A stretch of 64,000 bases of DNA, from the IMG/VR virus record IMGVR_UViG_3300046616_000314, positions 1-64,000 of that record; one strand, given 5' to 3'. Below, piece by piece: positions 37,569 through 46,978 of the stretch. Positions within the stretch are counted from its first letter, which is position 1, and every line of letters starts with the position of its first letter. A program made the translations under genes and the position numbers. The notes beneath the pieces were generated by a model. The model had not been told where the DNA came from, made no database searches, and was given only the letters and a program-made list of their open reading frames with translations.

Positions 37569-37958
37569 CTACATCCGGCGGATGAGCGTGACTTGCTTTG
37601 TGCGAGAGCGTTTAGCGATGGTTTCCGCAAGACTAACGCAAGGACCGGCGACTAAATCAAAGTCTTTTCTACTGAAGTGCTTCAGGCACGGTCGGAAAAT
37701 TTTAAAACGTTCTTTGAGAAAAATATTGATTGGAATCTGGCGGTTAGAACCCCACCACCAATCTTCGCCACAGGCGAGGAAGACGCCACGAAGGTCGTCG
37801 TCAAGGGCATCCAAGACATACATGGATAGCAGTTGGTTATCGGAATTCTGAATGATCCCGATGTATTGCTTCTCGCAATACACACCATAGCTCAAAAAGG
37901 GGAATTTCTGAAGAATCTCAGAAATGCGTGAATCATCGTCCATTATGTCTTTACACAA
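37569..37958 (-). CDS. hypothetical phage protein
   Basis: FPFLSY...YIGIIQN...WWWGSNRQIPINIFL. Confidence 0.75.
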   Translation of the reverse strand: MCKDIMDDDSRISEILQKFPFLSYGVYCEKQYIGIIQNSDNQLLSMYVLDALDDDLRGVFLACGEDWWWGSNRQIPINIFLKERFKIFRPCLKHFSRKDFDLVAGPCVSLAETIAKRSRTKQVTLIRRM

Positions 37959-37973
37959 ACTATTGTTAATTAC

Positions 37974-38162
37974 TTATACTAGTTTTGAAAGGTCCAAAAT
38001 GAGATCGTCATTGTCTTCTGAAACGTCAAGTTCATTCATGAGGATATGAAAATCCCCATTTCTAGTTCGAATTACAACTTCCGAAGAGTTATAATTTACT
38101 AGAATTTGTTTCAACATTGCTGCCGTAAGAACTGTAGTATCGTTTTCTAATGAAATACTCAT
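37974..38162 (-). CDS. small hypothetical protein
   Basis: GGGAG SD before MSISLEND. Confidence 0.55.
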   Translation of the reverse strand: MSISLENDTTVLTAAMLKQILVNYNSSEVVIRTRNGDFHILMNELDVSEDNDDLILDLSKLV

Positions 38163-38238
38163 GGGAACTCCCCAATTATATTGGTATTTAGTATCTATAG
38201 AATGCCAACTATTTGTGAACATTGCAATAAATATATGT

Positions 38239-38544
38239 ATGCGCGAACATATTACTCGGGGCAAGATAATGATTGAAGATGATTACTCTTGCGTAGGCAC
38301 TTGTGTTACTGCTTTTTTAGACGGTCAATGCATTGTCGCTGAACTTCCGTGGCGTGACGAGGAAGATTTTTCCATCGCCGACGCCAATGCTTCCGAACTT
38401 GGTGAAGAAGAATTCTACGCCATCGTTGATCCTGATCCACACGTGGAAGCAGAGATTGACGGTCATGAAGTAGAGTTTCTTCAGGTAGACGGCGTTTATA
38501 TGATCTACGACATCGATACGAATAAACATTATTTCTTCGTCTAA
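38239..38544 (+). CDS. acidic late protein
   Basis: TAAATA 5 nt upstream of the ATG. Confidence 0.7.
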   Translation: MREHITRGKIMIEDDYSCVGTCVTAFLDGQCIVAELPWRDEEDFSIADANASELGEEEFYAIVDPDPHVEAEIDGHEVEFLQVDGVYMIYDIDTNKHYFFV

Positions 38545-38564
38545 GTCTCGGGATAAATATCCCT

Positions 38565-39389
38565 ATGACCGCGACCATCAATGTTTTCAGTATGCCTCAA
38601 GTTGTGACTATGACGTTCGCACCCACGTACGGAGACGGCTTAATGAACTACCCAGTGAATCGGACGGATTTCACAGTACCGAAGGGTCTCACGACCGAAA
38701 TTCATTTCTTCGTCAAAGACGTTGATCGCCGCGCAGTCAACTTAGCAAATTCGAACGCTGTTCCTACCGCCGTCATCGTAGACACGCATCGCCAAAAAAC
38801 GCTTCTAGAGCGCGACATGGACCTTATCAACCCGACCAAGGGTTTGTACATGCTGACCCTGGAACCTAGCGATGTTGTGGATTGGCCACTAGGTCAATTG
38901 GAGTATAGCGTGATCGTAGAGCGCGAAAACGGTACTAAGGTCTTCCTCTACACAGATCGCGATTATGGTCCCTACAGTGCCCTCAAGGTCGTTCACGGAC
39001 CCTATGCGACGCCCAAGGAAGCCATTGAAATTCCGGCTGATCAATTCACGCCGCAATCATTTAATTATATGAACCAGTTTCCCGAATACATTGCTGGCGC
39101 GTTCCAGGGCGCGGCGCAAGTGGGCAACATCAGTGGTATGCAAAGTGCCGTGTTCCACATGACCGGTTTCATCGGCAATCTGTTGATCCAAGGCTCTTTG
39201 GAAGATCAACCTAGCTCCAACGATTCAGATTGGTTCAACGTCAACACCGCGACATTTTCGGAACCGACTGATGGACCGATCTACATGGATGCTATCGGTA
39301 ACTTGGTGTGGGTTCGTTTCCTAGTTCAAGTTTTGGGCTTCGATACATTCGCTAATACTTTCCAAGGTGTTACTTACCGAAACGATTGA
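38565..39389 (+). CDS. virion structural protein (baseplate/Ig-like)
   Basis: TAAATA upstream; beta-rich, GxLLIQGSL...WFNV...WVRF. Confidence 0.65.
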   Translation: MTATINVFSMPQVVTMTFAPTYGDGLMNYPVNRTDFTVPKGLTTEIHFFVKDVDRRAVNLANSNAVPTAVIVDTHRQKTLLERDMDLINPTKGLYMLTLEPSDVVDWPLGQLEYSVIVERENGTKVFLYTDRDYGPYSALKVVHGPYATPKEAIEIPADQFTPQSFNYMNQFPEYIAGAFQGAAQVGNISGMQSAVFHMTGFIGNLLIQGSLEDQPSSNDSDWFNVNTATFSEPTDGPIYMDAIGNLVWVRFLVQVLGFDTFANTFQGVTYRND

Positions 39390-39434
39390 CATCTTTGGTA
39401 ATTAGTGTATGATGTACTTCTTTGCAGGTATATC

Positions 39435-40184
39435 ATGAAGATTCATATCCTCTCTGACGTGCATTTGGAATTCGCTAAGTTCAAATACGAAGTTCCCGAA
39501 TGTGATGTAGTTGTGCTCGCGGGTGATATTCATCCGGGGGTCGCGGGAGTCATGTGGGCTCAAGATACCTTCGGTGATACGCCCGTCCTCTATGTCCCTG
39601 GAAACCATGAGTTTTGGGGCAAGCGTCGCCTGCATCGCCATCTTGAGAAAATGAAAGATAAAGCCAAGGGCTCAAACGTTCAGGTTCTCTACAACGATGC
39701 TGTCGTGCTCGGCGGTGTTCGCTTCATGGGTGCAACCATGTGGACGGATTTCAATCTCTATGGCAACCCGCACAATGCCTGCATTGTTGCTCGGGCGGAC
39801 ATGGGCGATTACGAAGAAATTTGGATGGATGTTCGCCAGCCGATCATCCCTCAAGATTTGATCCGCGAACACAACGTGTCCAAGGTGTTCATGTATACCA
39901 CGACGGCACAACCGTTCGAAGGTAAGACCGTGATGATTTCGCATCATGCCCCTTCGGAACTGTCGTGTGCTGAAAAGTATCGGAATGACAAACTCACGCC
40001 CGCGTATGCGAGTAGGCTTGAGAATGACATGCTGGATATGAACATTGATCTTTGGATTCATGGTCATATCCACGATAGCGCGGATTACATGATTGGAGAC
40101 AGTCGTGTTATTTGTAATCCGCGTGGCTATCACGGACATTACTTGAACCCCGACTTCGATTCCAGTTTGGTTGTCGAAGTTTAG
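39435..40184 (+). CDS. calcineurin-like metallophosphoesterase
   Basis: SDVH, LAGDI, PGNHE, HHAP, HGHIH and NPRGY motifs. Confidence 0.9.
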   Translation: MKIHILSDVHLEFAKFKYEVPECDVVVLAGDIHPGVAGVMWAQDTFGDTPVLYVPGNHEFWGKRRLHRHLEKMKDKAKGSNVQVLYNDAVVLGGVRFMGATMWTDFNLYGNPHNACIVARADMGDYEEIWMDVRQPIIPQDLIREHNVSKVFMYTTTAQPFEGKTVMISHHAPSELSCAEKYRNDKLTPAYASRLENDMLDMNIDLWIHGHIHDSADYMIGDSRVICNPRGYHGHYLNPDFDSSLVVEV

Positions 40185-40238
40185 TCTTGACAGGATTGCG
40201 TAGTCTGATAAAGTACCTTCATTGTTTGGAGGATTTAG

Positions 40239-40526
40239 ATGGCTACGCAATCCGAAGGCTTCGTTCTGTATCAGTCCTATGGTAGCGATGAAGGTACCTT
40301 CATCACCAATCGCGCTATCTATCTGGTGGAAGCCGACGTGATCGCGGTGTGCGAATATTTGAACGCCATCCTCGCCCCCTTCCAACCCCCGGATTTCTAC
40401 AACGAGAAGAACGTCAAGGAACTTGGTTGGGAAGCTCTTGCGCTGATCCGCGAAGTGGACCCGATGCAAACCGAACCGTTCTTTAGCAATATCGAATATT
40501 CCTATGACAAGTTGGTAGTGCGCTAA
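40239..40526 (+). CDS. hypothetical protein
   Basis: TTGACA promoter at 40187, GGAGG SD. Confidence 0.75.
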   Translation: MATQSEGFVLYQSYGSDEGTFITNRAIYLVEADVIAVCEYLNAILAPFQPPDFYNEKNVKELGWEALALIREVDPMQTEPFFSNIEYSYDKLVVR

Positions 40527-41189
40527 ATGAATTCGCCTCCCATTGATCCGCGTTTTGCTCCAAGCCCGGTCTTCGATCAAAGCATGACCGATCTTCAGAC
40601 CATCACCGCGACGTACGACGAACCTTCGCGTCTCGTCACTGTGACGATGGTTGTTCAAGAACTGACGTGGATTCTGACTGCTGCATCGCTGCACAACTAT
40701 GACTCCGAAGATAAGTTGAAGCCCAAGCCAGTCGATCCGACTGACCCGTATGCTTCGATGGCGGAACTGAGCAACTTCGAAGCCAAGGAATATCATTGGC
40801 TGCAACGCGACCGCATTACCTACATGGAAGGGCAAATTCGTCTTGCCATGGGCGGCTATTCCAAGAGCGACGGTCTGAGCAAGATCGAGAGCGTCAAGTC
40901 AGATCGTGGGTTCCGCAAATATAAAATCGCCATGGATGACAAGGATCGCGACGAAGCGAAAGCCAAGGAAGCCAAGACCTTTGCCGATCACGCTGTCATC
41001 ACGGGTACGAAGCCTCTCAACAAGCTTGATGTCGCCGCGATGGAAACCAAGCTGATGACGGGTGAAAAAAGCGGCGGCTTGACCTGGGATGAAGCCATGT
41101 CGCTGATGCTGACCTTGAACCAAGAGCGTGCCGCTCTGGCGAAAGCTGAAGCTCGCATCGCCGCCGCTAAGCAGGCTTTGGGCGGATGA
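40527..41189 (+). CDS. hypothetical protein
   Basis: 220 aa ORF. Confidence 0.75.
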   Translation: MNSPPIDPRFAPSPVFDQSMTDLQTITATYDEPSRLVTVTMVVQELTWILTAASLHNYDSEDKLKPKPVDPTDPYASMAELSNFEAKEYHWLQRDRITYMEGQIRLAMGGYSKSDGLSKIESVKSDRGFRKYKIAMDDKDRDEAKAKEAKTFADHAVITGTKPLNKLDVAAMETKLMTGEKSGGLTWDEAMSLMLTLNQERAALAKAEARIAAAKQALGG

Positions 41190-41461
41190 ATGTGGGTCTT
41201 CCCAAACAAGTAATCCGCGAGACGGGTTACGAATTTACGTTGTACGAAGATCGCATAGTTGAAATAGCCGGGATCGCGGGCGTTGCGACTGATCTAAACA
41301 ACGATTTTTTTCGTGGCGCGGATATTTTGTACGGCTGGTGCGAAGAGAACGCCAAGGGACACTGGGACAGCCAGATACTTTGGAGTAGACCCGACATGGG
41401 CTTGCTATTTTGGATCGCGGGCTCGGAAGCCGCCACGCTTTTCCAACTGAAATTCATGTAA
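41186..41461 (+). CDS. FKLKW-family small protein
   Basis: GWCEENAKGHW; SEAATLFQLKFM. Confidence 0.8.
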   Translation: MNVGLPKQVIRETGYEFTLYEDRIVEIAGIAGVATDLNNDFFRGADILYGWCEENAKGHWDSQILWSRPDMGLLFWIAGSEAATLFQLKFM

Positions 41462-41503
41462 TTTGAATTTTGCATTTCGTGGTTAATTTTCGTATTATCA
41501 GGT

Positions 41504-42583
41504 ATGAATTTGCTTGATAAGATTGTTAACGACGATTTCGTGTGGGATGCCCTGGTTTCAAACATCGGTGGCAAGCGACGCACGTCGCACACTAATTACG
41601 TAAATCTGAACTGCCCGTTGTGTGTATCCCGTGGGGAATCGCGAGATACCAAAGGTCGCCTGGGTCTCAAGCGAGACTCCAAAGGCATCGGCATCTATTG
41701 CTTCAACTGCAACGCACGCGACATCTTCAAGATTGGGCGCAACACATTTAGCCCGACCATGATCCAGTTGTTGGAATTGCTTGGGGTTTCTAGCATCGAA
41801 GTCAAAAAGATGAACATGAAGGCGATGGAACTTCGCCGCATGTTGTCGAACGTTGACACCGAAGCTTTCCCTCAAATGTTTGTCCCAAGCTTCCCGACTG
41901 TCCAGCTTGCCAAGGGTGCGAAGACGATCACGCAATGGGCTACCGAAGGCTGCACCGATCCCAATTTCTATAAAGCTGTTGAATATTTGTATTCCCGTGG
42001 CGACGTAATCGCGGAGACGGGCGACTATTATTGGACGCCCGACCCCGGCACACACGGGCACAAACTGAATGAACGTCTGATCGTCCCTTTCAAATTTGAA
42101 GGTCGTTTGGTCGGTTGGACCGGGCGATACTTCGGTGATGACGAAAAGGTCATGCGCTATCACAACGACACGCCGTCAAATTTAATTTCCAATAGCCGCG
42201 TTCTGAATACGCCTAGAGAGTACGTCGTGGTAGTCGAAGGACCCTTCGACGCCATCGCGATTGATGGTGTTTCGACCCTCGGAGCCAAGCTCTCGGCGGA
42301 ACAAACTCAGTGGTTGAAATCCAGCGGTAAAAAAATTATCGTATTGCCAGACCGTGACAGTGCCGGTGATCGGATGATTGAGCACGCCCTGACCAACGAT
42401 TGGATGGTGAGTTTCCCTCGCCTCAAGGAAGGGCGCGGCTTTGATAATTGGTGGGAACCTGACTTGAAAGACGCTGCCGATGCGGTCAAGCGTTATGGTC
42501 AACTCTATACCGTGCAATCGATTGTTGCGAGCGCGACGGCAAACAAGCTTAAAATTAATATGTACCGAAAGATGCTTTTCTAA
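41504..42583 (+). CDS. DNA primase (T4 gp61/DnaG-like)
   Basis: Zn finger CPLC...CFNC, GWTGR, TOPRIM VEGPFD and DRD. Confidence 0.9.
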   Translation: MNLLDKIVNDDFVWDALVSNIGGKRRTSHTNYVNLNCPLCVSRGESRDTKGRLGLKRDSKGIGIYCFNCNARDIFKIGRNTFSPTMIQLLELLGVSSIEVKKMNMKAMELRRMLSNVDTEAFPQMFVPSFPTVQLAKGAKTITQWATEGCTDPNFYKAVEYLYSRGDVIAETGDYYWTPDPGTHGHKLNERLIVPFKFEGRLVGWTGRYFGDDEKVMRYHNDTPSNLISNSRVLNTPREYVVVVEGPFDAIAIDGVSTLGAKLSAEQTQWLKSSGKKIIVLPDRDSAGDRMIEHALTNDWMVSFPRLKEGRGFDNWWEPDLKDAADAVKRYGQLYTVQSIVASATANKLKINMYRKMLF

Positions 42584-42807
42584 TGGTAACAAACACTGAG
42601 ATACTTGATGCCTTGTGGAAGAAACACATATATGGTAGAACGGGTAACGCTGTAGGGATTAAGGCTTTGACCGATACTCGTTTGACACAGATGCGGAACG
42701 CTGAAGAACGGAAAGCTAAATTTGGTTTCCGTATGGGTGTCACGGTGCTCGGCATTTGGGCGTTCAATATCCTCGTCATCCTGCCCTTCGTTATGCTCGC
42801 AAAGTGA
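42583..42807 (+). CDS. small membrane protein
   Basis: C-terminal TM segment. Confidence 0.65.
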   Translation: MVTNTEILDALWKKHIYGRTGNAVGIKALTDTRLTQMRNAEERKAKFGFRMGVTVLGIWAFNILVILPFVMLAK

Positions 42808-43064
42808 ATCTGCAAATGATGTGGGATGGTCTGACTTCGGCTGGTGATCCTTCCACTGAATACGAGTGGATGCGTCAACGTATGCAACACAATGCGAAGG
42901 ATACACATATCGGGATCGCGATTATCATGATCGTGTCCGTGGGGTTGATTTCGCTAACGTTGTCCTGGCAACTCCGCGAAGGCTTTCACTGGGCGCCTTT
43001 CATGCTTGGTATCATGTGGTCAGGCATCCTCGCACGATGCATCCACAAAAGTTTTCTGACATGA
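42804..43064 (+). CDS. small two-TM membrane protein
   Basis: GTGA overlap. Confidence 0.65.
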   Translation: MNLQMMWDGLTSAGDPSTEYEWMRQRMQHNAKDTHIGIAIIMIVSVGLISLTLSWQLREGFHWAPFMLGIMWSGILARCIHKSFLT

Positions 43065-43336
43065 CTCCTGCACGCGAACTTGATCTGTTTCAACAGCATA
43101 TGCGCGAGCATTATATCGCCCGGCGCAATAAAGAAGCGCGCTCGGCTGTACACCTACATTGGATGATGGCAATTTGCATTGCCATCAATTTCGGTGCGTT
43201 CTCGATGACCTTGCTCAATACAGCATATGGCTCACATATCGGTGTAACGAGTTTCCGAGAAATCTCGAATATGATTTCAATAGTTGTTAATGGTGGTCTC
43301 ACCGTCTTCAACGTTCGTCGGTTGTTCTTCACATGA
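43061..43336 (+). CDS. small two-TM membrane protein
   Basis: ATGA overlap. Confidence 0.65.
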   Translation: MTPARELDLFQQHMREHYIARRNKEARSAVHLHWMMAICIAINFGAFSMTLLNTAYGSHIGVTSFREISNMISIVVNGGLTVFNVRRLFFT

Positions 43337-43914
43337 ATTTCAACATCTATCCAAACATCAGCGATTTTGATTTTTATCCCACGGATAAATTGCGGATCGT
43401 GCTGTTTGGTGGGAAGAAAATCATCTTTGATGAAGATCACGAATATCTTTCGGACATCAAGCAAAAACCCCTCAAGGGTAGCGATGAGCCGATTGCCCAT
43501 GACACCAACAACGGAATGCTGTCGCTAGGCGAAGCCCGTTTCGTTGGTGATTTTACAACCAAGCAAGCCGTTGTTTATGTTGACGATTTGAATCAAACAC
43601 TTGTTTGCCATGTGGATTTGGGTGATCCAAAGCCTCGGAACTATGCGACACTTACGCTGTCTTTCTCTAGTAATCCTGCCCTGGCGGTACCGGAGTACGA
43701 GCATAACAAGCAAATGGTGAAAATTCGCGATGCCGCTCGAAAGCGCGCGAATCGTCAACGATGGCTTCATGTCGGCTTAGTCGCGTTCCAGATTACGAAT
43801 TTCGCGTTCACAACGATGAGCTATGTTCATAAGCCCACGTTTATGAATTTGATTCTGGTCATGTTTACTGGTACTATGGCTTTGTTCAATACGAAACAAG
43901 CTTTAGCCCTGTAG
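43333..43914 (+). CDS. protein with C-terminal two-TM hairpin
   Basis: C-terminus resembles the 43061 protein. Confidence 0.7.
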   Translation: MNFNIYPNISDFDFYPTDKLRIVLFGGKKIIFDEDHEYLSDIKQKPLKGSDEPIAHDTNNGMLSLGEARFVGDFTTKQAVVYVDDLNQTLVCHVDLGDPKPRNYATLTLSFSSNPALAVPEYEHNKQMVKIRDAARKRANRQRWLHVGLVAFQITNFAFTTMSYVHKPTFMNLILVMFTGTMALFNTKQALAL

Positions 43915-43951
43915 GCGCATTTCGCCTACAGAGTTTTCTTGTCCAATTTTG

Positions 43952-43990
43952 TTAACTATATTTTTTAACTACGATTTTTAACTATATTTT
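43952..43990 (+). repeat. three tandem AT-rich 13-mers
   Basis: TTAACTATATTTT / TTAACTACGATTT / TTAACTATATTTT. Confidence 0.85.
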
Positions 43991-44000
43991 TTGGTGAATA

Positions 44001-45521
44001 ATGACGGACGTAAATCAATTTGGAGACAACTACCAGAAGCTATTACTATCATACATGATCAGCGAGCCGACTTCCTTCGCGCTCTGCCGTAGTATTATCA
44101 AGACTGAATACTTTTCGGAAAACCTCAAGCCGACAGCAAAGTACATTTTAGACTTTGCCGAAGACTTCAAAACCCTGCCTACCACTCTTCAAGTTAGTGC
44201 GGTCACTAACACGAAATTGGAACTGTGCGAAACTTCCACTCAACAGAACAAATGGTTTCTGACGGAAGTTGAGAAATTCTGTCGTTTGCGCGCGTTCGAA
44301 TCCGCGATCTTCGACGGAGCCAATGTTCTCGAAAAGAAGGGTCTTGCGGTAGCGGGACCGGAAGTCCAAGCGCGTGTGCAAGAGGCTCTGACTATCAGCC
44401 TCATGACCGACCTGGGCTCATCGTATTTCGAAGACCCTATGGGGCGCCTGGAACGTCTGAAGGACCGTTCCAACATCATCAGCACGTCATGGAAGGTGCT
44501 GGACAAGAAACTTAATGGTGGTTTCACCAAGGGCACGCTGAACATTTTCTGCGGCGGTTCGGGCTCTGGTAAATCATTGTTCCTTCAGAACATCGCTCGT
44601 AACTGGGCGATGGACGGCAAGTATGTCGTCTATATCTCGCTAGAACTGTCGGAAGACCTTGTTAACTTCCGCCTCGACTCGATGACCACGGGTCTAGGCA
44701 CGTCGGGCGTTATGCGCGACTCCACCAAAGCCGCTCTCGTCATCAAGACGATTGGTATGGGTAAGGGCATTGGCGACCTAAAGGTTAAGAAGTTCCCCGA
44801 AGCGGGTACGACTGCCAACGATCTGAAGGCGTACCTCAAGGAATACGAAATCCAGATGGGGCGCGCTCCTGACGCCCTGGTGGTTGACTATCTCGACCTG
44901 ATGCACCCGAACAATGCGAAGATCGACGTTTCTTCGATGTTCACCAAGGACAAGTACGTTTCGGAAGAACTGCGCGCCATTGGTTCAGAATGGCAAATCC
45001 CCGTCGTCTCGGCTTCTCAGTTGAACCGTGGATCGGTTGAAGCAACCGAATACGACCATAGCCACATTGCGGGTGGTATTTCGAAGATCAACACCGCTGA
45101 CAACGTGTTCGCTATCTACACGTCTATGAGCATGAAGGAACGGGGCGTTTATCAACTCCAATTCCTGAAGACTCGTTCTGCATCGGCTGTAGGTCAAAAA
45201 ATCGATCTGGCTTACGATCCGGTGTCCATGGTTATCAAGGACCCAGAAGGTGACGAAGACGATCTGTTGAAGCCGCAAACGGCTCAAGAGTTGCGAGACA
45301 ATTTGCGATTGCGCCAAGCGGTCTCGGGCGGCGACGAAGCTCCAACTATGGAAAAGATCGAGCCGCAAGAGGGGATGTCTATATCGCAAATGGCTCACCC
45401 TCAACACAAGAGCCGCGAGCAAATTGAGGCTGAACAACAGAAGCATCAACCCAAAGCATCGCCCAAAGTTACGGGAATGCTTGATATGATTGCGGCTTCT
45501 CGTAAAAATAATGAAAACTGA
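44001..45521 (+). CDS. replicative DNA helicase (T4 gp41/DnaB-like)
   Basis: GGSGSGKS, YISLEL, VVDYLDL, SASQLNR and KTR motifs. Confidence 0.92.
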   Translation: MTDVNQFGDNYQKLLLSYMISEPTSFALCRSIIKTEYFSENLKPTAKYILDFAEDFKTLPTTLQVSAVTNTKLELCETSTQQNKWFLTEVEKFCRLRAFESAIFDGANVLEKKGLAVAGPEVQARVQEALTISLMTDLGSSYFEDPMGRLERLKDRSNIISTSWKVLDKKLNGGFTKGTLNIFCGGSGSGKSLFLQNIARNWAMDGKYVVYISLELSEDLVNFRLDSMTTGLGTSGVMRDSTKAALVIKTIGMGKGIGDLKVKKFPEAGTTANDLKAYLKEYEIQMGRAPDALVVDYLDLMHPNNAKIDVSSMFTKDKYVSEELRAIGSEWQIPVVSASQLNRGSVEATEYDHSHIAGGISKINTADNVFAIYTSMSMKERGVYQLQFLKTRSASAVGQKIDLAYDPVSMVIKDPEGDEDDLLKPQTAQELRDNLRLRQAVSGGDEAPTMEKIEPQEGMSISQMAHPQHKSREQIEAEQQKHQPKASPKVTGMLDMIAASRKNNEN

Positions 45522-45548
45522 AATACTGTATAGGCTAAATAACCTATC

Positions 45549-45854
45549 ATGGTTGATTCAGTCTATACAGAGCAGATGAAAGCATTCATTCACATTGTGA
45601 GTGAATATGGAGTCCTCGTAGAATCTGAGGGTCAGTATTCAGACCCCCAGATTCTTACGGAGTCTGTAAGCAATAATCCCAATAACCCCTTCCTAGCAGA
45701 GTGTCGGGATATCATCTTCAAACTACGTTCTTTTATGGAGAGCGAGTCTGAGGGCGATCATGCGCTAGGAGTTGAAGAAGGTATGGCGCGAGCCGCTGAT
45801 ATGTTGGAAAACTTAGTGGCGCGTTATGAGAAAGGTGACAATTTTGGATCGTAA
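45549..45854 (+). CDS. late hypothetical/virion protein
   Basis: TAAATA upstream; LVES/LTES motifs. Confidence 0.7.
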   Translation: MVDSVYTEQMKAFIHIVSEYGVLVESEGQYSDPQILTESVSNNPNNPFLAECRDIIFKLRSFMESESEGDHALGVEEGMARAADMLENLVARYEKGDNFGS

Positions 45855-46101
45855 ATTCAAGAGTTTATTGGACGAGCTAGACTATGCGCCTCGCCATAAT
45901 CGCGATCTTTTCATTGAAAGTCGTGCGCAGCAAGTTATTGCGAGCGTAACTCATTTGATGAAACTTATTCGCGAAAGCTACAATGAAGAAGACGCGGATG
46001 ATCTTACTAAGAGACTGTTGAATTCGATCAAGACCGGGGATGAACGTAAGTTCCGCCGTGGCATTAAGACTATAAGGGAATCGCGTGAAGATGGAAAATA
46101 A
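45826..46101 (+). CDS. late phage protein
   Basis: FIESRA...IRES...RLLNSIK. Confidence 0.7.
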   Translation: MRKVTILDRKFKSLLDELDYAPRHNRDLFIESRAQQVIASVTHLMKLIRESYNEEDADDLTKRLLNSIKTGDERKFRRGIKTIRESREDGK

Positions 46102-46978
46102 AACTGTCCTGACCGAAGCCGACTTCATCAAGGGTCTGGGAAACGCCGTTACGAGCAACGTCAAGCGCGCGGGTAATGCTGCTGCTGCACTGGCGGGTAG
46201 CCAACGTGCCGTTGGTCGTATGGACCGCGATAAAGTAGCTCGCGAGTTGAATAACGCTTGGCGCCGCTATGCTGGTCGCCATGGTATTAAGACCGCAACA
46301 CTTGGAACAATGCAAGCTTTCTTGAAGTCTGCTTATGGCATCGTCTTGCCTTCCGCCGCGCTTGGTAAAGTTGAAGACAAGGCTGAAGCCACCGCTGAAA
46401 AGCCAACGGAAAAGCCGACCGAAACCCCGGCTGTTGAAGAACCTAAACCAACTGCTGAATCGGTAAATCTAAACGAATTTGCAGCGGACGACACAATTGA
46501 TCCGGTAAAATTCTTCCCGATCCTGGCAAACATGCTGATCGACCAAGGTCTTGTTGACGTTACTCGTGACGGCAAATTGACTTCGGGTGCTGGTAACGCA
46601 TCTGCTGATGAAAAGAAGAAACCTACTCCTGATAAAAACACCGTTGCCAGCAAGGGCGCGGGAAACGGTTCTGCCAAAAATCAAGCAAGTGCAGGCGAAA
46701 CGCCTGCTGCCGATTCTACCGAAGCTCCCGCTGAAGGTGGTGAAGCAGAGGGCGAAGGCGACGAAAATCAAACTGCCAATCACCGATTTGATTTCAAAGA
46801 TATGAACAATCTTCTTGGTAGAATGCACGTGGATATGCCTGCAATTAATGGCGCCCGCGCATTAGCCCAAGGTGATTGGAACGACTTCATGGCGCGTTAC
46901 AATGCGCTACCGAAGGCGGAAAAGACCAACGCTCAACGCATCATGTTTGCTGCACTGAAGGCAATCAAAGATGTTTGA
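46085..46978 (+). CDS. probable internal head protein
   Basis: Late block; VLTE and LNE putative cleavage motifs. Confidence 0.65.
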   Translation: MKMENKTVLTEADFIKGLGNAVTSNVKRAGNAAAALAGSQRAVGRMDRDKVARELNNAWRRYAGRHGIKTATLGTMQAFLKSAYGIVLPSAALGKVEDKAEATAEKPTEKPTETPAVEEPKPTAESVNLNEFAADDTIDPVKFFPILANMLIDQGLVDVTRDGKLTSGAGNASADEKKKPTPDKNTVASKGAGNGSAKNQASAGETPAADSTEAPAEGGEAEGEGDENQTANHRFDFKDMNNLLGRMHVDMPAINGARALAQGDWNDFMARYNALPKAEKTNAQRIMFAALKAIKDV

